Part shown: in pieces, positions 1 through 9,956 of the stretch
Position numbering within the stretch: the first letter of the stretch is position 1
How the letters are laid out: every line of letters begins with the position of its first letter
Assembly (NCBI GenBank): GCA_041737745.1
Contig: JBGSRC010000001.1
Span: 18,866-82,865 of the forward strand
Direction: 5' to 3'
From: Candidatus Caenarcanales bacterium
GTDB taxonomy: Bacteria > Cyanobacteriota > Vampirovibrionia > Caenarcaniphilales > Caenarcanaceae
Length of the DNA: 64,000 nt
The notes under the pieces: generated by a model
Seen by the model: only the letters and a program-made list of their open reading frames with translations
What the model was told of the DNA's origin: nothing
Database searches by the model: none
Made by a program: the position numbers and the translations under genes

Positions 1-240
1 TTTGTTTTTGTCAACGCGATTGAAGCGGCGGACGCGGAAAGAAAAATTGACTTCACTTGTTGAAAGCTTTCCGTCTTTGTTGAAATCATTTGTTTCCATC
101 AGCTTCTGGGCAGATTCTTCCGGTGTGCGGTTGATCACTTCGGCTGGTTTGCCTTTATTGGTGAAAGGATTTTGCATACCGGCTAGGGCTGGCGCGGCGA
201 GCAAAGGCAAAAGTAAGGCTAGATAAGTTTTGTTTTTCAT
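1..240 (-). CDS. Secreted EF-hand calcium-binding protein (partial; 3' end lies beyond the window start)
   Basis: Reverse-complement ATG at 240..238, open with no stop through position 1 (80 codons): MKNKTYLALLLPLLAAPALAGMQNPF... gives a signal peptide. DFNKDGKLSTSE is a canonical EF-hand loop (D1,N3,D5,G6,L8,E12). Missing from the ORF track because it runs off the window. The listed plus-strand ORF 2..226 is antisense to it. Confidence 0.55.
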   Translation of the reverse strand, partial: MKNKTYLALLLPLLAAPALAGMQNPFTNKGKPAEVINRTPEESAQKLMETNDFNKDGKLSTSEVNFSFRVRRFNRVDKNK

Positions 241-378
241 GAGTTATTTCCTCTTGTTGGGTTTAGTCAAGTTTTTTAGCATAGCTCAGTTTTTGCCGTG
301 AATGGTCAGAGCTAACAAAAAGCAAATATTTGTCACCGAAAGCAGGCACCAAATAGACTAATATATTGTCTGTATCTA

Positions 379-2373
379 ATGAGCGTTTCCAAACGCATAT
401 TCCAAATAATATTTATGAAAGCATTACTCAGCTTCTCTCTATTGGCCTTGCTTTTCAGCCAAGCGCTGCCTTCCCGTGCTGAAGGGACAGTTTTACCGCT
501 AGATGAGATATCAGCCGAACAAGCCGCAAAGTTGGCTAAAGATGAAGAAGTGCTAGCCAGTGACCCGAACAAATCGATCGGGAATTTCGACAAAGCAATC
601 ACCATAAATGAGATCCAAGTAGCCGGCAATCAAATGATCCCAACTGAGGTGATCATGCAAAACATCAAGTCACGCGAAGGCTCCCGCTTTAGCCGCCGAA
701 AAATAGCATTTGACCTCAAATCGCTCAATGAGATGGGCTATTTCGATAAAAACAAACTGCTCGCTATTCCGATCCCACAAGGCGAAGAAGGCGTGATCTT
801 GCGCATTCAGGTAGTGGAAAACGCCCCTGTAACAGGACTGATCGTCTCCGGCACAGACGTGCTTGACAAAGCCCAGATCGAAGAATTTCTCACCCCTCTA
901 GTGGGCTTGCCCCGCAGCACAGTGCAAATCAAAAGCGCCGTAGATATGATCGAAAAGGTCTATCACGAAAAAGGCTATATGCTGGCGGCCGTCACTGAGC
1001 TTCACTTCGATCCAGATGGTTTTCTGACTGTCTCAGTGGACGAAGGAAAAATCTCTGAGCTTCAGTTTGAGGGCAATGAACGAACCCAAGAGAGCTATTT
1101 GCGCAAGATCGCCCCCAAAGATTTCACCGAAGGTAAGCCCTATAACGAAGAACAAGTCGCTAAGTTCATGGAAGGCCTCAAACGTTCTGGTTTTTTCAAG
1201 GATGTCACCCGCGAAATCAAGCCGAACCCAGAAGACCCCAGCAAGCATATATTGTCTTTCAAGATCGAAGAACAACGTACCAAGCAGCTTAGTCTTGGAA
1301 CCGGTCTAGGAACGCAAAATGGCTTTTTTGGTCAAGTTGGTTTTACTGAGCCGCATTTTAGAGGACAAGGAGAGACGCTCAGCGCCAACGTTACAGCCGG
1401 TACTGGTCTTTTGACCGCTCTGGACGGAGATAATGGTGGTAGATTTGCTCGCCGAGGCGATTTTCGTTTCAATGTCAGCTACGCCGATCCTTTCATCGGT
1501 GACAGCGACAAATCTTTTAGTGCCAGCAGTTCGGCTTTTCAGCAAGGAAGTTTTTTGGTTGACTCATCCATTCAACGTACACTGAAAGGGGGAGTTACTT
1601 TCGGGATGCCCGTACCAAAGCGCGATGATTGGTTCTTTACAGTCGGGCTTTTGGGCAGCACAAACAATATGATCTCAGCCGGTACAGCCGCTCAAGATCA
1701 GCTTCAGCGTTCATTGGTGGAAAGAGGAAGAAGCCAAGCAAATGCTCTTACCGAAGCGCAAGGACTCAGACGGAATCAGCTCCAAGACGGTTTCTATCTC
1801 GACATCACGCCCAGTCTGGTCTACCGAAAAATCGATGATGCTGGCACAGGCTGGCGCAATACTTTCTTTGCCGGTCCCTCTGTCGGTTCTGCTGGTTCTT
1901 ATGCAAGTGCTGGCGTAGATTTGCGGCGCTATGAGTCACTCACCGATGATGGTTGGATGTTCAAGAACGCCTTTCACGCCGAATCCTTGCTCGGCGATCC
2001 GGCCGGTTTCCGTCTCTTGAAAGCTGGTGGTCCTTATGGGGTGCGCGGTTATAGACAGTTTACAGACGTGGGTGTGGGTAGTACCAGTGTCAGCAATACC
2101 TTTGAGTTTTCTATGCCTATCACTATTCCCAAGGCGCCGCTCAAAGACGTCAAGTTGGCGCTTTTCAGCGATCTTGGTTTAGTGGCTGGAGAAAGCTTCC
2201 TCAACGGTCTCTATGACAGGCGATCTGTGCTAGCCAGTGTGGGAATTGGTCTGGAGATCAATATTCCGCTAGTTGGTCCTTTGCGGATCGACTATGGTAT
2301 TCCGCTGCTTCGTAACGATAACCGGAGCTTTTTCAGCGGCCGAGTTACCATCAATCCCGGCAATCAGTTATAA
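379..2373 (+). CDS. bamA: Outer membrane protein assembly factor BamA (Omp85 family, POTRA repeats plus C-terminal beta-barrel)
   Basis: 664 aa with a signal peptide. POTRA-like segments (INEIQVAGNQMIPTEVIMQNIKSREGSRFS...) and a C-terminal surface-antigen barrel ending in an aromatic residue. Followed by an skp homologue, as in bamA-skp operons. Confidence 0.8.
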   Translation: MSVSKRIFQIIFMKALLSFSLLALLFSQALPSRAEGTVLPLDEISAEQAAKLAKDEEVLASDPNKSIGNFDKAITINEIQVAGNQMIPTEVIMQNIKSREGSRFSRRKIAFDLKSLNEMGYFDKNKLLAIPIPQGEEGVILRIQVVENAPVTGLIVSGTDVLDKAQIEEFLTPLVGLPRSTVQIKSAVDMIEKVYHEKGYMLAAVTELHFDPDGFLTVSVDEGKISELQFEGNERTQESYLRKIAPKDFTEGKPYNEEQVAKFMEGLKRSGFFKDVTREIKPNPEDPSKHILSFKIEEQRTKQLSLGTGLGTQNGFFGQVGFTEPHFRGQGETLSANVTAGTGLLTALDGDNGGRFARRGDFRFNVSYADPFIGDSDKSFSASSSAFQQGSFLVDSSIQRTLKGGVTFGMPVPKRDDWFFTVGLLGSTNNMISAGTAAQDQLQRSLVERGRSQANALTEAQGLRRNQLQDGFYLDITPSLVYRKIDDAGTGWRNTFFAGPSVGSAGSYASAGVDLRRYESLTDDGWMFKNAFHAESLLGDPAGFRLLKAGGPYGVRGYRQFTDVGVGSTSVSNTFEFSMPITIPKAPLKDVKLALFSDLGLVAGESFLNGLYDRRSVLASVGIGLEINIPLVGPLRIDYGIPLLRNDNRSFFSGRVTINPGNQL

Positions 2374-2409
2374 TTTCATCTTTCCTCTCTCTTGGAGCCA
2401 CCAAAATAC

Positions 2410-2871
2410 ATGTTTAAGTCACTCACCAAGTTTGCCATTGCCTTTTTGCTAGTAGGTCTTGTCAGTGGCGCTCAAGCCGCCGAAAGCATTGCTGTTGTTG
2501 ATTCAGCAAAGCTACTCAATGATTTGCCCGATTATCAAACTGCCCGCACCAAGATTTCTCAGTCTCGTGAAGATTTGGAGAAACTAGCTGGCGAATTGGA
2601 AAAGAAATTGCGTGAAGATTTGCAAAATTCTGCACTCAGCGACGCTCAAAAACTTGAAAAGCAAAAGCAAGCTCGCGATCTAGTTTTGGCCAAGAAACAA
2701 CAATTTGACGCTCTCTCCGAAAAGTTTGAGATCGACTTGCAAAACAAAGTAACCAAAGCCGTAGAAGAAGAAGCTAAGGCTCAGGGTCTGACTCTTGTGA
2801 TCACCAAGGGCGCCACTATATTTGGCGGTAAAGACATCACCACTCAGGTGCTTGCTCGTTTGAAGAAATAG
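2410..2871 (+). CDS. skp: Periplasmic chaperone Skp/OmpH family
   Basis: About 150 aa, signal peptide MFKSLTKFAIAFLLVGLVSGAQA, and a coiled-coil-rich K/E/Q composition typical of OmpH. Sits immediately downstream of bamA. Start chosen at the Met preceding the signal peptide (the ORF begins at 2392). Confidence 0.65.
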   Translation: MFKSLTKFAIAFLLVGLVSGAQAAESIAVVDSAKLLNDLPDYQTARTKISQSREDLEKLAGELEKKLREDLQNSALSDAQKLEKQKQARDLVLAKKQQFDALSEKFEIDLQNKVTKAVEEEAKAQGLTLVITKGATIFGGKDITTQVLARLKK

Positions 2872-2899
2872 TCCCTCTTTTCACACTTGGGGCTAATCA

Positions 2900-4630
2900 A
2901 TGTCGAAGCTTACAGTAACCCAAGCAATAGAAGCGATTAAAGAGACTGTTGATATAGTCGCAATAGTCTCCAAATACATCAAGGTCAACAAAACAGGTAG
3001 CAGCTACAAAGCAATCTGCCCCTTCCACGCCGACACCAAGCCCTCTATGTCGATCAGCTCCGAGAAAGGCATCTTCAAATGCTTTTCTTGTGGCGCCAGT
3101 GGCGATGGGCTCGAATTCGTCAAGCGTTATCGAAATCTCAGTTTCATTGAGGCGATCAAAGAACTGGGCGAATTTTGTGGCTTTGAGCTAGCAGACCAAG
3201 ACCCCAAGGCCAGAGAAGAAGAAGACACCCTCGCTATCTTCTATGAGATAAACCAAGAAGCAAGCCTGCATTTTCAGAAAAACCTCCACAATCCTAGTGC
3301 TGGTCAGGAAGCACTGGACTACCTGAAAGAAAAGAGACTGCTGAGCGAAGAGACTATAGCCGACTTTGGGTTAGGCTACTCTAGTAGCTCCCGCAACGAT
3401 CTCTTTCGCCAGATCAAAGAAAAATTTGCGGAGAAACTCACACCAGATTTGATAGTTAGCTGTGGTCTTTTCTTCCAAGACGATCGAAGTGGGGAAATCA
3501 GCGATCGTTTTCGGGCAAGATTGATGATCCCAATTCTCGATCAACGATCTCGGGTAGTCGGCTTTGGCTCTAGGACCTTAAAAGCTGGCGAAGAACCCAA
3601 ATATATAAACTCGCCAGAAACGCCTGTGTACAGAAAAGGCGAGCATCTCTTTGGTCTAGTATTGGCCGCCAAGATAGCGCGGGAGCGGGGCAGTGTCTTG
3701 CTGCTCGAAGGTTACTTTGATGTGATCAGCGCCCACCAGAGCGGCCTAAAACAAGCTGTTGCCAGTCTCGGTACTGCTCTCAGTGAGACTCAAGCCAGAC
3801 TGCTGCTGAAGAGCAACACCAAGCGTCAGGTGGTCTTGGGTTACGACAATGACCTTGCTGGCCTGAAAGCGATGGAAGCGGCTTTGTTGGTCTTTGAGAA
3901 AATCTGTGGCAATGTGATTCCGGACTTGCGTGCACTTAGCTTGCCAGAGGGCTGCAAAGACATAGATGATTTTTTGCTCGCTAGACGCGAAGAGCTAGAA
4001 GCGGCCGAAAATCTACTCAAAGCTTTGCCGAAGGCGGCTAGCACGCTGATTAGCAAGCTCAGTTCAGTACTTGGGTTGGATCGTGAAGGCGCTCTGAGGA
4101 GACTAGCTGAGACTTTTCGCCATATACAAGATCCCATTCAACGTGAACTTTTGGCGGAAGAGACTGCCAGAGTGCTTGATTTCAGCAAAGCTACTGTCAT
4201 GCTGGCTTTCAGTCCAGAGAAAAGTCGTCTTCCAGAGCGGAAGAACAACTCAATAGCCAAAACCACTCACGGTAAAGCTCAACCGATCAATAATTCCCAG
4301 AAGACTATTTTGGCTTTATTATTGAAAGACTTGGGTCCAGATCAGCTAGCGCAAATAAGTGAGCTCGTATTGCCTGACTCAGAGCTAGAAACCCTTAAGC
4401 AAGAATTATTACTACTAGCTTTTGCGGAAAGAACAGACTTGGTGAGTACAGACAAGCGTTTGAGCGATCTAAGTTTGCTGCCAATGAGCGATAAGCCTGA
4501 AGACTGGCAGGCGACGCTGGCTGATTGTCTGGAAAAGCTAGGAAGTAGTGGGGCTTATCTCAGTACCAAGAAAGCTTATCGGTTTAAGGGCTTGATCGCT
4601 TTGCCTTTGTTACCGGAAAACAGAGAATAA
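2900..4630 (+). CDS. dnaG: DNA primase DnaG
   Basis: N-terminal CHC2 zinc finger (CPFHADTKPSMSIS...CFSCGASGD), a TOPRIM region (LLLEGYFDVISAHQSG), 576 aa. Confidence 0.85.
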   Translation: MSKLTVTQAIEAIKETVDIVAIVSKYIKVNKTGSSYKAICPFHADTKPSMSISSEKGIFKCFSCGASGDGLEFVKRYRNLSFIEAIKELGEFCGFELADQDPKAREEEDTLAIFYEINQEASLHFQKNLHNPSAGQEALDYLKEKRLLSEETIADFGLGYSSSSRNDLFRQIKEKFAEKLTPDLIVSCGLFFQDDRSGEISDRFRARLMIPILDQRSRVVGFGSRTLKAGEEPKYINSPETPVYRKGEHLFGLVLAAKIARERGSVLLLEGYFDVISAHQSGLKQAVASLGTALSETQARLLLKSNTKRQVVLGYDNDLAGLKAMEAALLVFEKICGNVIPDLRALSLPEGCKDIDDFLLARREELEAAENLLKALPKAASTLISKLSSVLGLDREGALRRLAETFRHIQDPIQRELLAEETARVLDFSKATVMLAFSPEKSRLPERKNNSIAKTTHGKAQPINNSQKTILALLLKDLGPDQLAQISELVLPDSELETLKQELLLLAFAERTDLVSTDKRLSDLSLLPMSDKPEDWQATLADCLEKLGSSGAYLSTKKAYRFKGLIALPLLPENRE

Positions 4631-4963
4631 TTTTGGGTCAAATCTTCTCAAGAAAAAGCTAATACTACTCAAGGGGGAGTTTGAAGGGCTGCGTATCGCT
4701 AGACTTGTGCTTTGCAGGAAGTCCCCTTATGGACAATACTTTAGCAAACTCTTTTTACTTGCGGCAAAAGAGTATTTTTAAGGAAACGCGGAATGATTCA
4801 ATTTAGGGGGAGTTTGAGGGGGCCGAAGGTCCCCTCATCATTAATATTTCAAGTAACCTTAAGTGAGCTAAAATCCTTGGATCACTTGAAGTTTAAGAGT
4901 TTTTCCATGGAGGCCAGCCTGCGTAGCCCAAGCTCCCGCTTGAATTAAAAGAAGAAGCTCTAA

Positions 4964-4999
4964 AACAAAAAAACAGCCTCTCCCGAAAGAAAGACTGCT
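4964..4999 (-). terminator. Putative intrinsic terminator downstream of rplL (imperfect stem GCAGTCTTTC/GAGAGGCTG followed by a U7 tract on the minus strand)
   Basis: On the minus strand: GCAGTCTTTCTTTCGGGAGAGGCTG followed by TTTTTTT, about 30 nt after the rplL stop. Sits in the convergent dnaG/rplL intergenic region. Confidence 0.4.
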
Positions 5000-5030
5000 T
5001 CTTTGTTGTGATGAGAAATGAAGCTAAAGC

Positions 5031-5405
5031 CTAGACTACATCGACCACTGCACCGACTTCTTCGAGCTTTTTCTTGAGCTCTTCGGCTTCGGCCTTGGGT
5101 ATTCCTTCTTTGATCGCTTTGGGAGCGCCATCTACTAGATCTTTGGCTTCTTTCAGTCCTAGTCCAGTCAAATCCTTAACGGCTTTCACTACTTGAAGCT
5201 TGTTTGGGCCAGCTTCCTTGAGCATGACATCAAAGGCAGTCTTTTCAGCTGGAGCAGCAGCGGCGTCACCACCGGCTGGAGCGGCCATCATCATCGGGGC
5301 GGCGGCGCTCACTCCGAACTTTTCTTCGATCATTTTTTTCAATTCGGCTGCTTCTAGCAAGGTGAGGCTTGAGAGCGATTCGAGAATTTCTAGTACTTTT
5401 GTCAT
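5031..5405 (-). CDS. rplL: 50S ribosomal protein L7/L12
   Basis: 124 aa, [32 protein letters not shown], an Ala/Pro-rich hinge, and a C-terminal [12 protein letters not shown]...[12 protein letters not shown] region. Immediately downstream of rplJ. Confidence 0.9.
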   Translation of the reverse strand: MTKVLEILESLSSLTLLEAAELKKMIEEKFGVSAAAPMMMAAPAGGDAAAAPAEKTAFDVMLKEAGPNKLQVVKAVKDLTGLGLKEAKDLVDGAPKAIKEGIPKAEAEELKKKLEEVGAVVDVV

Positions 5406-5435
5406 GGTTTATTTTCCTGTTATTTGTAGGGGGGA

Positions 5436-5963
5436 TTAGTTTGCTTTCTGTTCGGCGACTTTCACGGTCAATTCACCGATTGAGCCGATGATCTGATTGA
5501 TGGCGGAAGCGATACTAGCTGGTGTGGCCGTCAGCGCTCCGGCTATCTGAGCGAGGATCATCTCTCTGGAAGGCAGCTTGCCTATGGCCTCAATGTCTTC
5601 GGGCGAAAGCGCTTTGGCCTCGCCGATCATCGCTCCACCTTTTAGGGTGAGCTTGGGGTCATATTTTTTGCGTGCTTTCAAGAAGAGCTTGATCGTTTCC
5701 GAGGCGTCACCATGTCCGAAGACGATGAGGCTAGGTCCGACCAAAGCGCTTTCCAGATGAGCGAAATCGGTTCCGGCAAATGCTTGCATGGCCAAAGTGT
5801 TTTTGGCTACTGTGCATCTGGCGTTGCTTTTTAGCTCTTTTCTTAGCTTGGTGATGTCTTTTACTTTCATGGCCTTGAAATCGGCCACCAAAGCGACAGA
5901 AGCACCACTGGATTGCTCGCGTAGTGTTTCGATCATTTCGGTTTTTTGGTCTCTAGTTACCAA
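5436..5963 (-). CDS. rplJ: 50S ribosomal protein L10
   Basis: 175 aa in canonical rplJ-rplL order. N-terminal L10 fold motifs (KTEMIETLREQ...ALVADFKAMKVKD). Confidence 0.85.
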   Translation of the reverse strand: MVTRDQKTEMIETLREQSSGASVALVADFKAMKVKDITKLRKELKSNARCTVAKNTLAMQAFAGTDFAHLESALVGPSLIVFGHGDASETIKLFLKARKKYDPKLTLKGGAMIGEAKALSPEDIEAIGKLPSREMILAQIAGALTATPASIASAINQIIGSIGELTVKVAEQKAN

Positions 5964-6086
5964 TTTGTTTTCACTTATGCTCCTTAGGGAAGCTTGACTT
6001 TCTTGAGATTATCTTTTTTGGAAGACCTCAGTCAGAAATTAAGCGCTTTTGGCGCACTGACAGTCTTGGGTCAAGCGTAACAAAAA

Positions 6087-7313
6087 TTATAACGAGTATT
6101 TAGCTTTTGGGTCAAGTGATTCACTAGTTTGTTCCGCCAAAAGATCAAAGATCATCCAACTATAAATCTCCCTAGAATCAAGCTCAGGATGAAGCTTGTC
6201 AGCATATAAAGCCCCCATACCCCTCGGTCTGCGCCAATCAAGGTGATCTAACCCGTAAAAGACTCGGTTCAAAGAACCTCCCCTCAAACAAAAATCATTG
6301 CTGGGAAATAAACAAGAAAGCTCAGCGTCGCGCAGCTCAGAGGGCTCACACTGCTTAAGCCAAAGCGCGCTAGCAACAGGTACAACCCCATCGTTGAGCC
6401 GCCATGAATCACGCCAAGCCGGATCTTCACCCTCTTCGATCGGATCGGCAATCCAGCGATTGAGCTGACGCATAGAAGCGTGCCTTTCCAAAAATAACTT
6501 CGGTAAATCTTCACTGAACACAAAGAGCCCCCTCTTGATCGGGTTTCCTTTAGCGTAAACGGGTTTCTTGTACGAAGCGTAAAACATAAAACGATCGAGG
6601 CCACTGGGCTCACTGAGCGCTAAAGCTTCTGCGGGAGCACTATAATCCACCAAGGCTCCGTCAAAGTTATCCCAAGCCTGTTCTTTGATTGCGTACTTGT
6701 ATTTGCGGGATAGATCGCCCAAGATACTCATGTAAAGGGCGTTGAAGGGGGGCGGCTCTTTGGCTATCGCTTTGCTCAGATAGGGAATAGTCAGCACTGG
6801 CGTTCCATGGTGTGGAGCGGCCACTGTCAGCACCTTTCTGGTCAGCGAATTGATTTTAGGGTTTTTAGTTAGCAGCTGACGAACAATTAAGCCCCCTTGG
6901 CTGTAGCCGACAAAGCTAAAGCGCTCAATGTTCGGGTGCTCGATCAAAATCTCTTCAAGGCCAGTTTCTAATAGACTTGCCGCTTGATTTAGCTCCATCC
7001 AGCCGTCATAGCGAAGCACAAAGAGACTATATGGTTTAGTCGAGTTTGGCTCTAGGCTGGTTTGTTGCCGCCATGCTTCCCAAAAATATTTCCATTCATA
7101 GAGCTGGTCGGTGAGCCCGATTCCGTTTAGACCGGGGAGTAAAATTATTGCTTCTTTGGCTTCACCTGTAGCATTTGGGTCAATTGCTCTGAGCGAGTTC
7201 ACCGCTTGCGTTTTGCCCGATCTGGCTGTGCTCGAATAGGTTTTAGCTAGTGCTTGAAATTCGAGGCCAAATAGAGCCAGCAGCAAGAGAATAATTTTGA
7301 GGCGTAGATCCAT
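6087..7313 (-). CDS. Secreted alpha/beta-hydrolase (lipase / palmitoyl-thioesterase-like, GYSQGG nucleophile elbow)
   Basis: Signal peptide MDLRLKIILLLLALFGLEFQALA. A GxSxG-type motif FSFVGYSQGGLIVRQLL resembling PPT/lipase families. 408 aa. Confidence 0.5.
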   Translation of the reverse strand: MDLRLKIILLLLALFGLEFQALAKTYSSTARSGKTQAVNSLRAIDPNATGEAKEAIILLPGLNGIGLTDQLYEWKYFWEAWRQQTSLEPNSTKPYSLFVLRYDGWMELNQAASLLETGLEEILIEHPNIERFSFVGYSQGGLIVRQLLTKNPKINSLTRKVLTVAAPHHGTPVLTIPYLSKAIAKEPPPFNALYMSILGDLSRKYKYAIKEQAWDNFDGALVDYSAPAEALALSEPSGLDRFMFYASYKKPVYAKGNPIKRGLFVFSEDLPKLFLERHASMRQLNRWIADPIEEGEDPAWRDSWRLNDGVVPVASALWLKQCEPSELRDAELSCLFPSNDFCLRGGSLNRVFYGLDHLDWRRPRGMGALYADKLHPELDSREIYSWMIFDLLAEQTSESLDPKAKYSL

Positions 7314-7403
7314 CGATCAGTAGGAAGGCTCAGTGACTGATAACAAATCTAGCACCCTTTAGGCTTACTGAGAGAGCGTCTTCCGTGTTAGTGTTCTTTT
7401 ATT

Positions 7404-8768
7404 ATGGCTAAAGAATACGACTATGATCTGTTTGTGATTGGGGCTGGCTCTGGTGGCGTGAGAGCTTCTAGAAAGACTGCTGAGCTCGGGAAACGGGTGG
7501 CCGTCGCCGAAAACAAATATCTTGGTGGTACTTGCGTGAACGTGGGCTGTGTCCCCAAAAAACTGCTTTACTACGCATCGTACTTCGGTCAAGATTTTCA
7601 AGACTCGCGGGGTTTTGGTTGGGATTTAGGCTCTCAGCCAAAGTTTTCTTGGAGCACGCTCATTGAAAACAAAAACGCCGAGATCTCGCGCCTGAATGCG
7701 ATTTATCAGACTCTTCTGACCAAGGCTGGCGTGCAGATATTACGCGGCACAGCGCAAGTTTTAGACCCGCACACTGTCTCAGTTGACGGAGATACTTACA
7801 GTGCCGAGAAGATCTTGGTTGCTTGCGGTGGTTGGCCTCATATCCCCCAGTTTCCTGGCTCTGAGCTGGTGATCTCTTCCAACGAACTCTTCTTTTTGCC
7901 AGAACTACCCCAAAAAGCGCTGATTGTCGGTGGTGGCTATATAGCCGTCGAGTTTGCCGGTATTTTGCGCGGACTCGGTGTAGAGGTGAGCTTGGTCTAT
8001 AGAGGCGATTTGTTCTTGCGCGGTTTTGACCAAGACGTCAGGCTCTTTCTCGCTCAGGAGATGACGAAAAAAGGCATTGAGCTCTTGTTTGAAAGTGATA
8101 TAGAAGAAGTGAGTGGGACTGCTGGTGCGCTTAGCGCTCGCTTCAAGGACGGTAGCGTCAGGGAAGTCGGTCAGATCATCTATGCCACTGGCCGCAAACC
8201 CAATACTGCCGGTCTTGGTCTGGAAAAGACGGCCGTGGAGCTAGCTAGTAGTGGCGCGATCAAAGTGAATCAATACTTTGAGACGGCTGAGCCTTCGATT
8301 TATGCTCTCGGCGATGTGATTGACAGGGTGCAGCTGACACCAGTCGCTCTAGCTGAGGCGATGATCTTGGTCAGTAATCTTTACGGCTCCAATGCCGAAA
8401 AACAAAGCATGGACTACGAAAATATCCCGACAGCTGTTTTTAGTCAACCGACTATAGGCACTATCGGGCTCAGTGAGGAACAGGCACGGACAAAATACTC
8501 AGACGTGGCTATTTATAGGGCTGAGACTAGACCGATGAAAAATACGCTCAGTGGCTCAAAGGGTTTGGCCTTGATCAAACTAATCGTCGACGTCAGCACA
8601 GACAGGCTGATTGGGCTGCATCTTGTCGGTCCTGAGGCTGGAGAGATTGCGCAGGGCTTTGGGGTAGCGATGAAGCTTGGGGTCACTAAGACTCAACTCG
8701 ATAGCACTGTCGGCATTCACCCGACTCTAGCAGAAGAGCTTGTAACGCTTCGGACTAGAACTAGCTAG
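7404..8768 (+). CDS. gor: Glutathione-disulfide reductase-like pyridine nucleotide-disulfide oxidoreductase
   Basis: FAD-binding GxGxxG (VIGAGSGG), redox-active disulfide GGTCVNVGCVPKK (glutathione-reductase type), C-terminal dimerisation HPTLAEE. 454 aa. Confidence 0.7.
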   Translation: MAKEYDYDLFVIGAGSGGVRASRKTAELGKRVAVAENKYLGGTCVNVGCVPKKLLYYASYFGQDFQDSRGFGWDLGSQPKFSWSTLIENKNAEISRLNAIYQTLLTKAGVQILRGTAQVLDPHTVSVDGDTYSAEKILVACGGWPHIPQFPGSELVISSNELFFLPELPQKALIVGGGYIAVEFAGILRGLGVEVSLVYRGDLFLRGFDQDVRLFLAQEMTKKGIELLFESDIEEVSGTAGALSARFKDGSVREVGQIIYATGRKPNTAGLGLEKTAVELASSGAIKVNQYFETAEPSIYALGDVIDRVQLTPVALAEAMILVSNLYGSNAEKQSMDYENIPTAVFSQPTIGTIGLSEEQARTKYSDVAIYRAETRPMKNTLSGSKGLALIKLIVDVSTDRLIGLHLVGPEAGEIAQGFGVAMKLGVTKTQLDSTVGIHPTLAEELVTLRTRTS

Positions 8769-9867
8769 GGGACTTCTTTTCTAGAGCTTCTAGACGCTCT
8801 TTTAGCTGCGGAACGTCTCTCAGTACTCTCCTCAGGCTCTTTTCGCGTTTGATATACTCTTGCGCTGGAACGGCCGGACTGCCCCCAAGTACACTAAAAG
8901 CGGGAGCGTCTTTGTGGACGTGACTGGCCCCAAGCACAAGACTATCGTCACCAATAGTCGTATTGTCCCGACAGCCAGCTTGGCCAGCGATCACCACCCG
9001 ATCGCCGAGCGTGACACTGCCAGCCAGCCCGCATTGACCAGCCAGCAAAACGTCTTCGCCTAGCTTGCAGTTGTGGGCTACTTGGACCAGGTTATCGATC
9101 TTCGTGCCCCGCCCAATGATTGTAGCCCCAAATGATCCCCGATCAATGCAACTGTTGGCGCCGATCTCGACATCATCACCGATCTCTACCCAGCCTACTG
9201 AGGGGACTTTGAGCTGAGCTTGTTTGATAATCGCCAAATCAGCAGACTGACCGCCAGCAATCAAGCGCTCCACATTGGTCGGCTCAGCCGTCACATAGCT
9301 GAAACCATCAGCCCCGATCACCGCTCCTGGATGGACTATCACCCGATCGCCCAGCTGGCAAAAATCTTCGATCACCACCCGATACTTGAGGCAACAAGCC
9401 TCACCCAAGCGCACACCCTGACCGAGCGAGCAGCCAGCTTGAATTTCACTTCTCGCCCCAATGGTGCATTGAGGACCGATAAATACATGAGCCCCAACCC
9501 TCACCCCTTCACCGATCTGAGCGCTCGGATCGATCACAGCAGTGGCGTGAACACCGACCGGAGGAGCAAAGCGTTTAGGGGCAAAGTGCGTGAGCAGAGT
9601 ACGTACTACTAGCTTTGGTCTGTCCACGGCTATTCCGTTGAAATCCACCTTGAACTCAAAATCGCTGGGGACTAAATAAGCGCCAGCTTGCAGGGCTCCT
9701 TCGTTTAGCAGGCGACAAAATTTTGCATTGAAAATAAAACAAAGCTCAGTGGGCGAAGCTTTAAGCGGATCGCCGTTGAAACCGGTCAGCTTTAGGGCTG
9801 GGTCTCCGATGATTTGGCCGGAAAGTAAAGAAGCTAGGTCTGAGAGAGTAAAGGGCGGTATTTGCAA
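8761..9867 (-). CDS. lpxD: UDP-3-O-(3-hydroxyacyl)glucosamine N-acyltransferase LpxD
   Basis: 368 aa, a non-repeat N-terminal domain followed by long hexapeptide (left-handed beta-helix) repeats and a C-terminal helix. Size and layout match LpxD. Confidence 0.7.
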   Translation of the reverse strand: MQIPPFTLSDLASLLSGQIIGDPALKLTGFNGDPLKASPTELCFIFNAKFCRLLNEGALQAGAYLVPSDFEFKVDFNGIAVDRPKLVVRTLLTHFAPKRFAPPVGVHATAVIDPSAQIGEGVRVGAHVFIGPQCTIGARSEIQAGCSLGQGVRLGEACCLKYRVVIEDFCQLGDRVIVHPGAVIGADGFSYVTAEPTNVERLIAGGQSADLAIIKQAQLKVPSVGWVEIGDDVEIGANSCIDRGSFGATIIGRGTKIDNLVQVAHNCKLGEDVLLAGQCGLAGSVTLGDRVVIAGQAGCRDNTTIGDDSLVLGASHVHKDAPAFSVLGGSPAVPAQEYIKREKSLRRVLRDVPQLKERLEALEKKSPS

Positions 9868-9956
9868 GGAATTGGTGAGCTAAGATCTGCGCATATTATA
9901 GGCTACATCGGGCATATAAATAATGTCTGGAGTCTTGAGAGAGTATTAGTTAACCG

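Noticed and set aside
4631-5030. Possible CRISPR array or structured ncRNA (tmRNA/SRP/RNase P) in the 400-bp dnaG-rplL intergenic region and other repeat-bearing spacers
   Set aside because: The repeats are palindromic, irregularly spaced and dispersed across the whole window rather than forming regular repeat-spacer arrays. There are no cas genes. No tRNA-like T-loop (GGTTCGAATCC), tmRNA, 4.5S or RNase P signatures were found by eye.
9220-9612. ORFs antisense to lpxD (8860..9063, 9220..9612) and to gyrB (50186..51236 series)
   Set aside because: Embedded antisense frames within strongly supported genes. The repetitive hexapeptide coding sequence of lpxD keeps the opposite strand open by chance.
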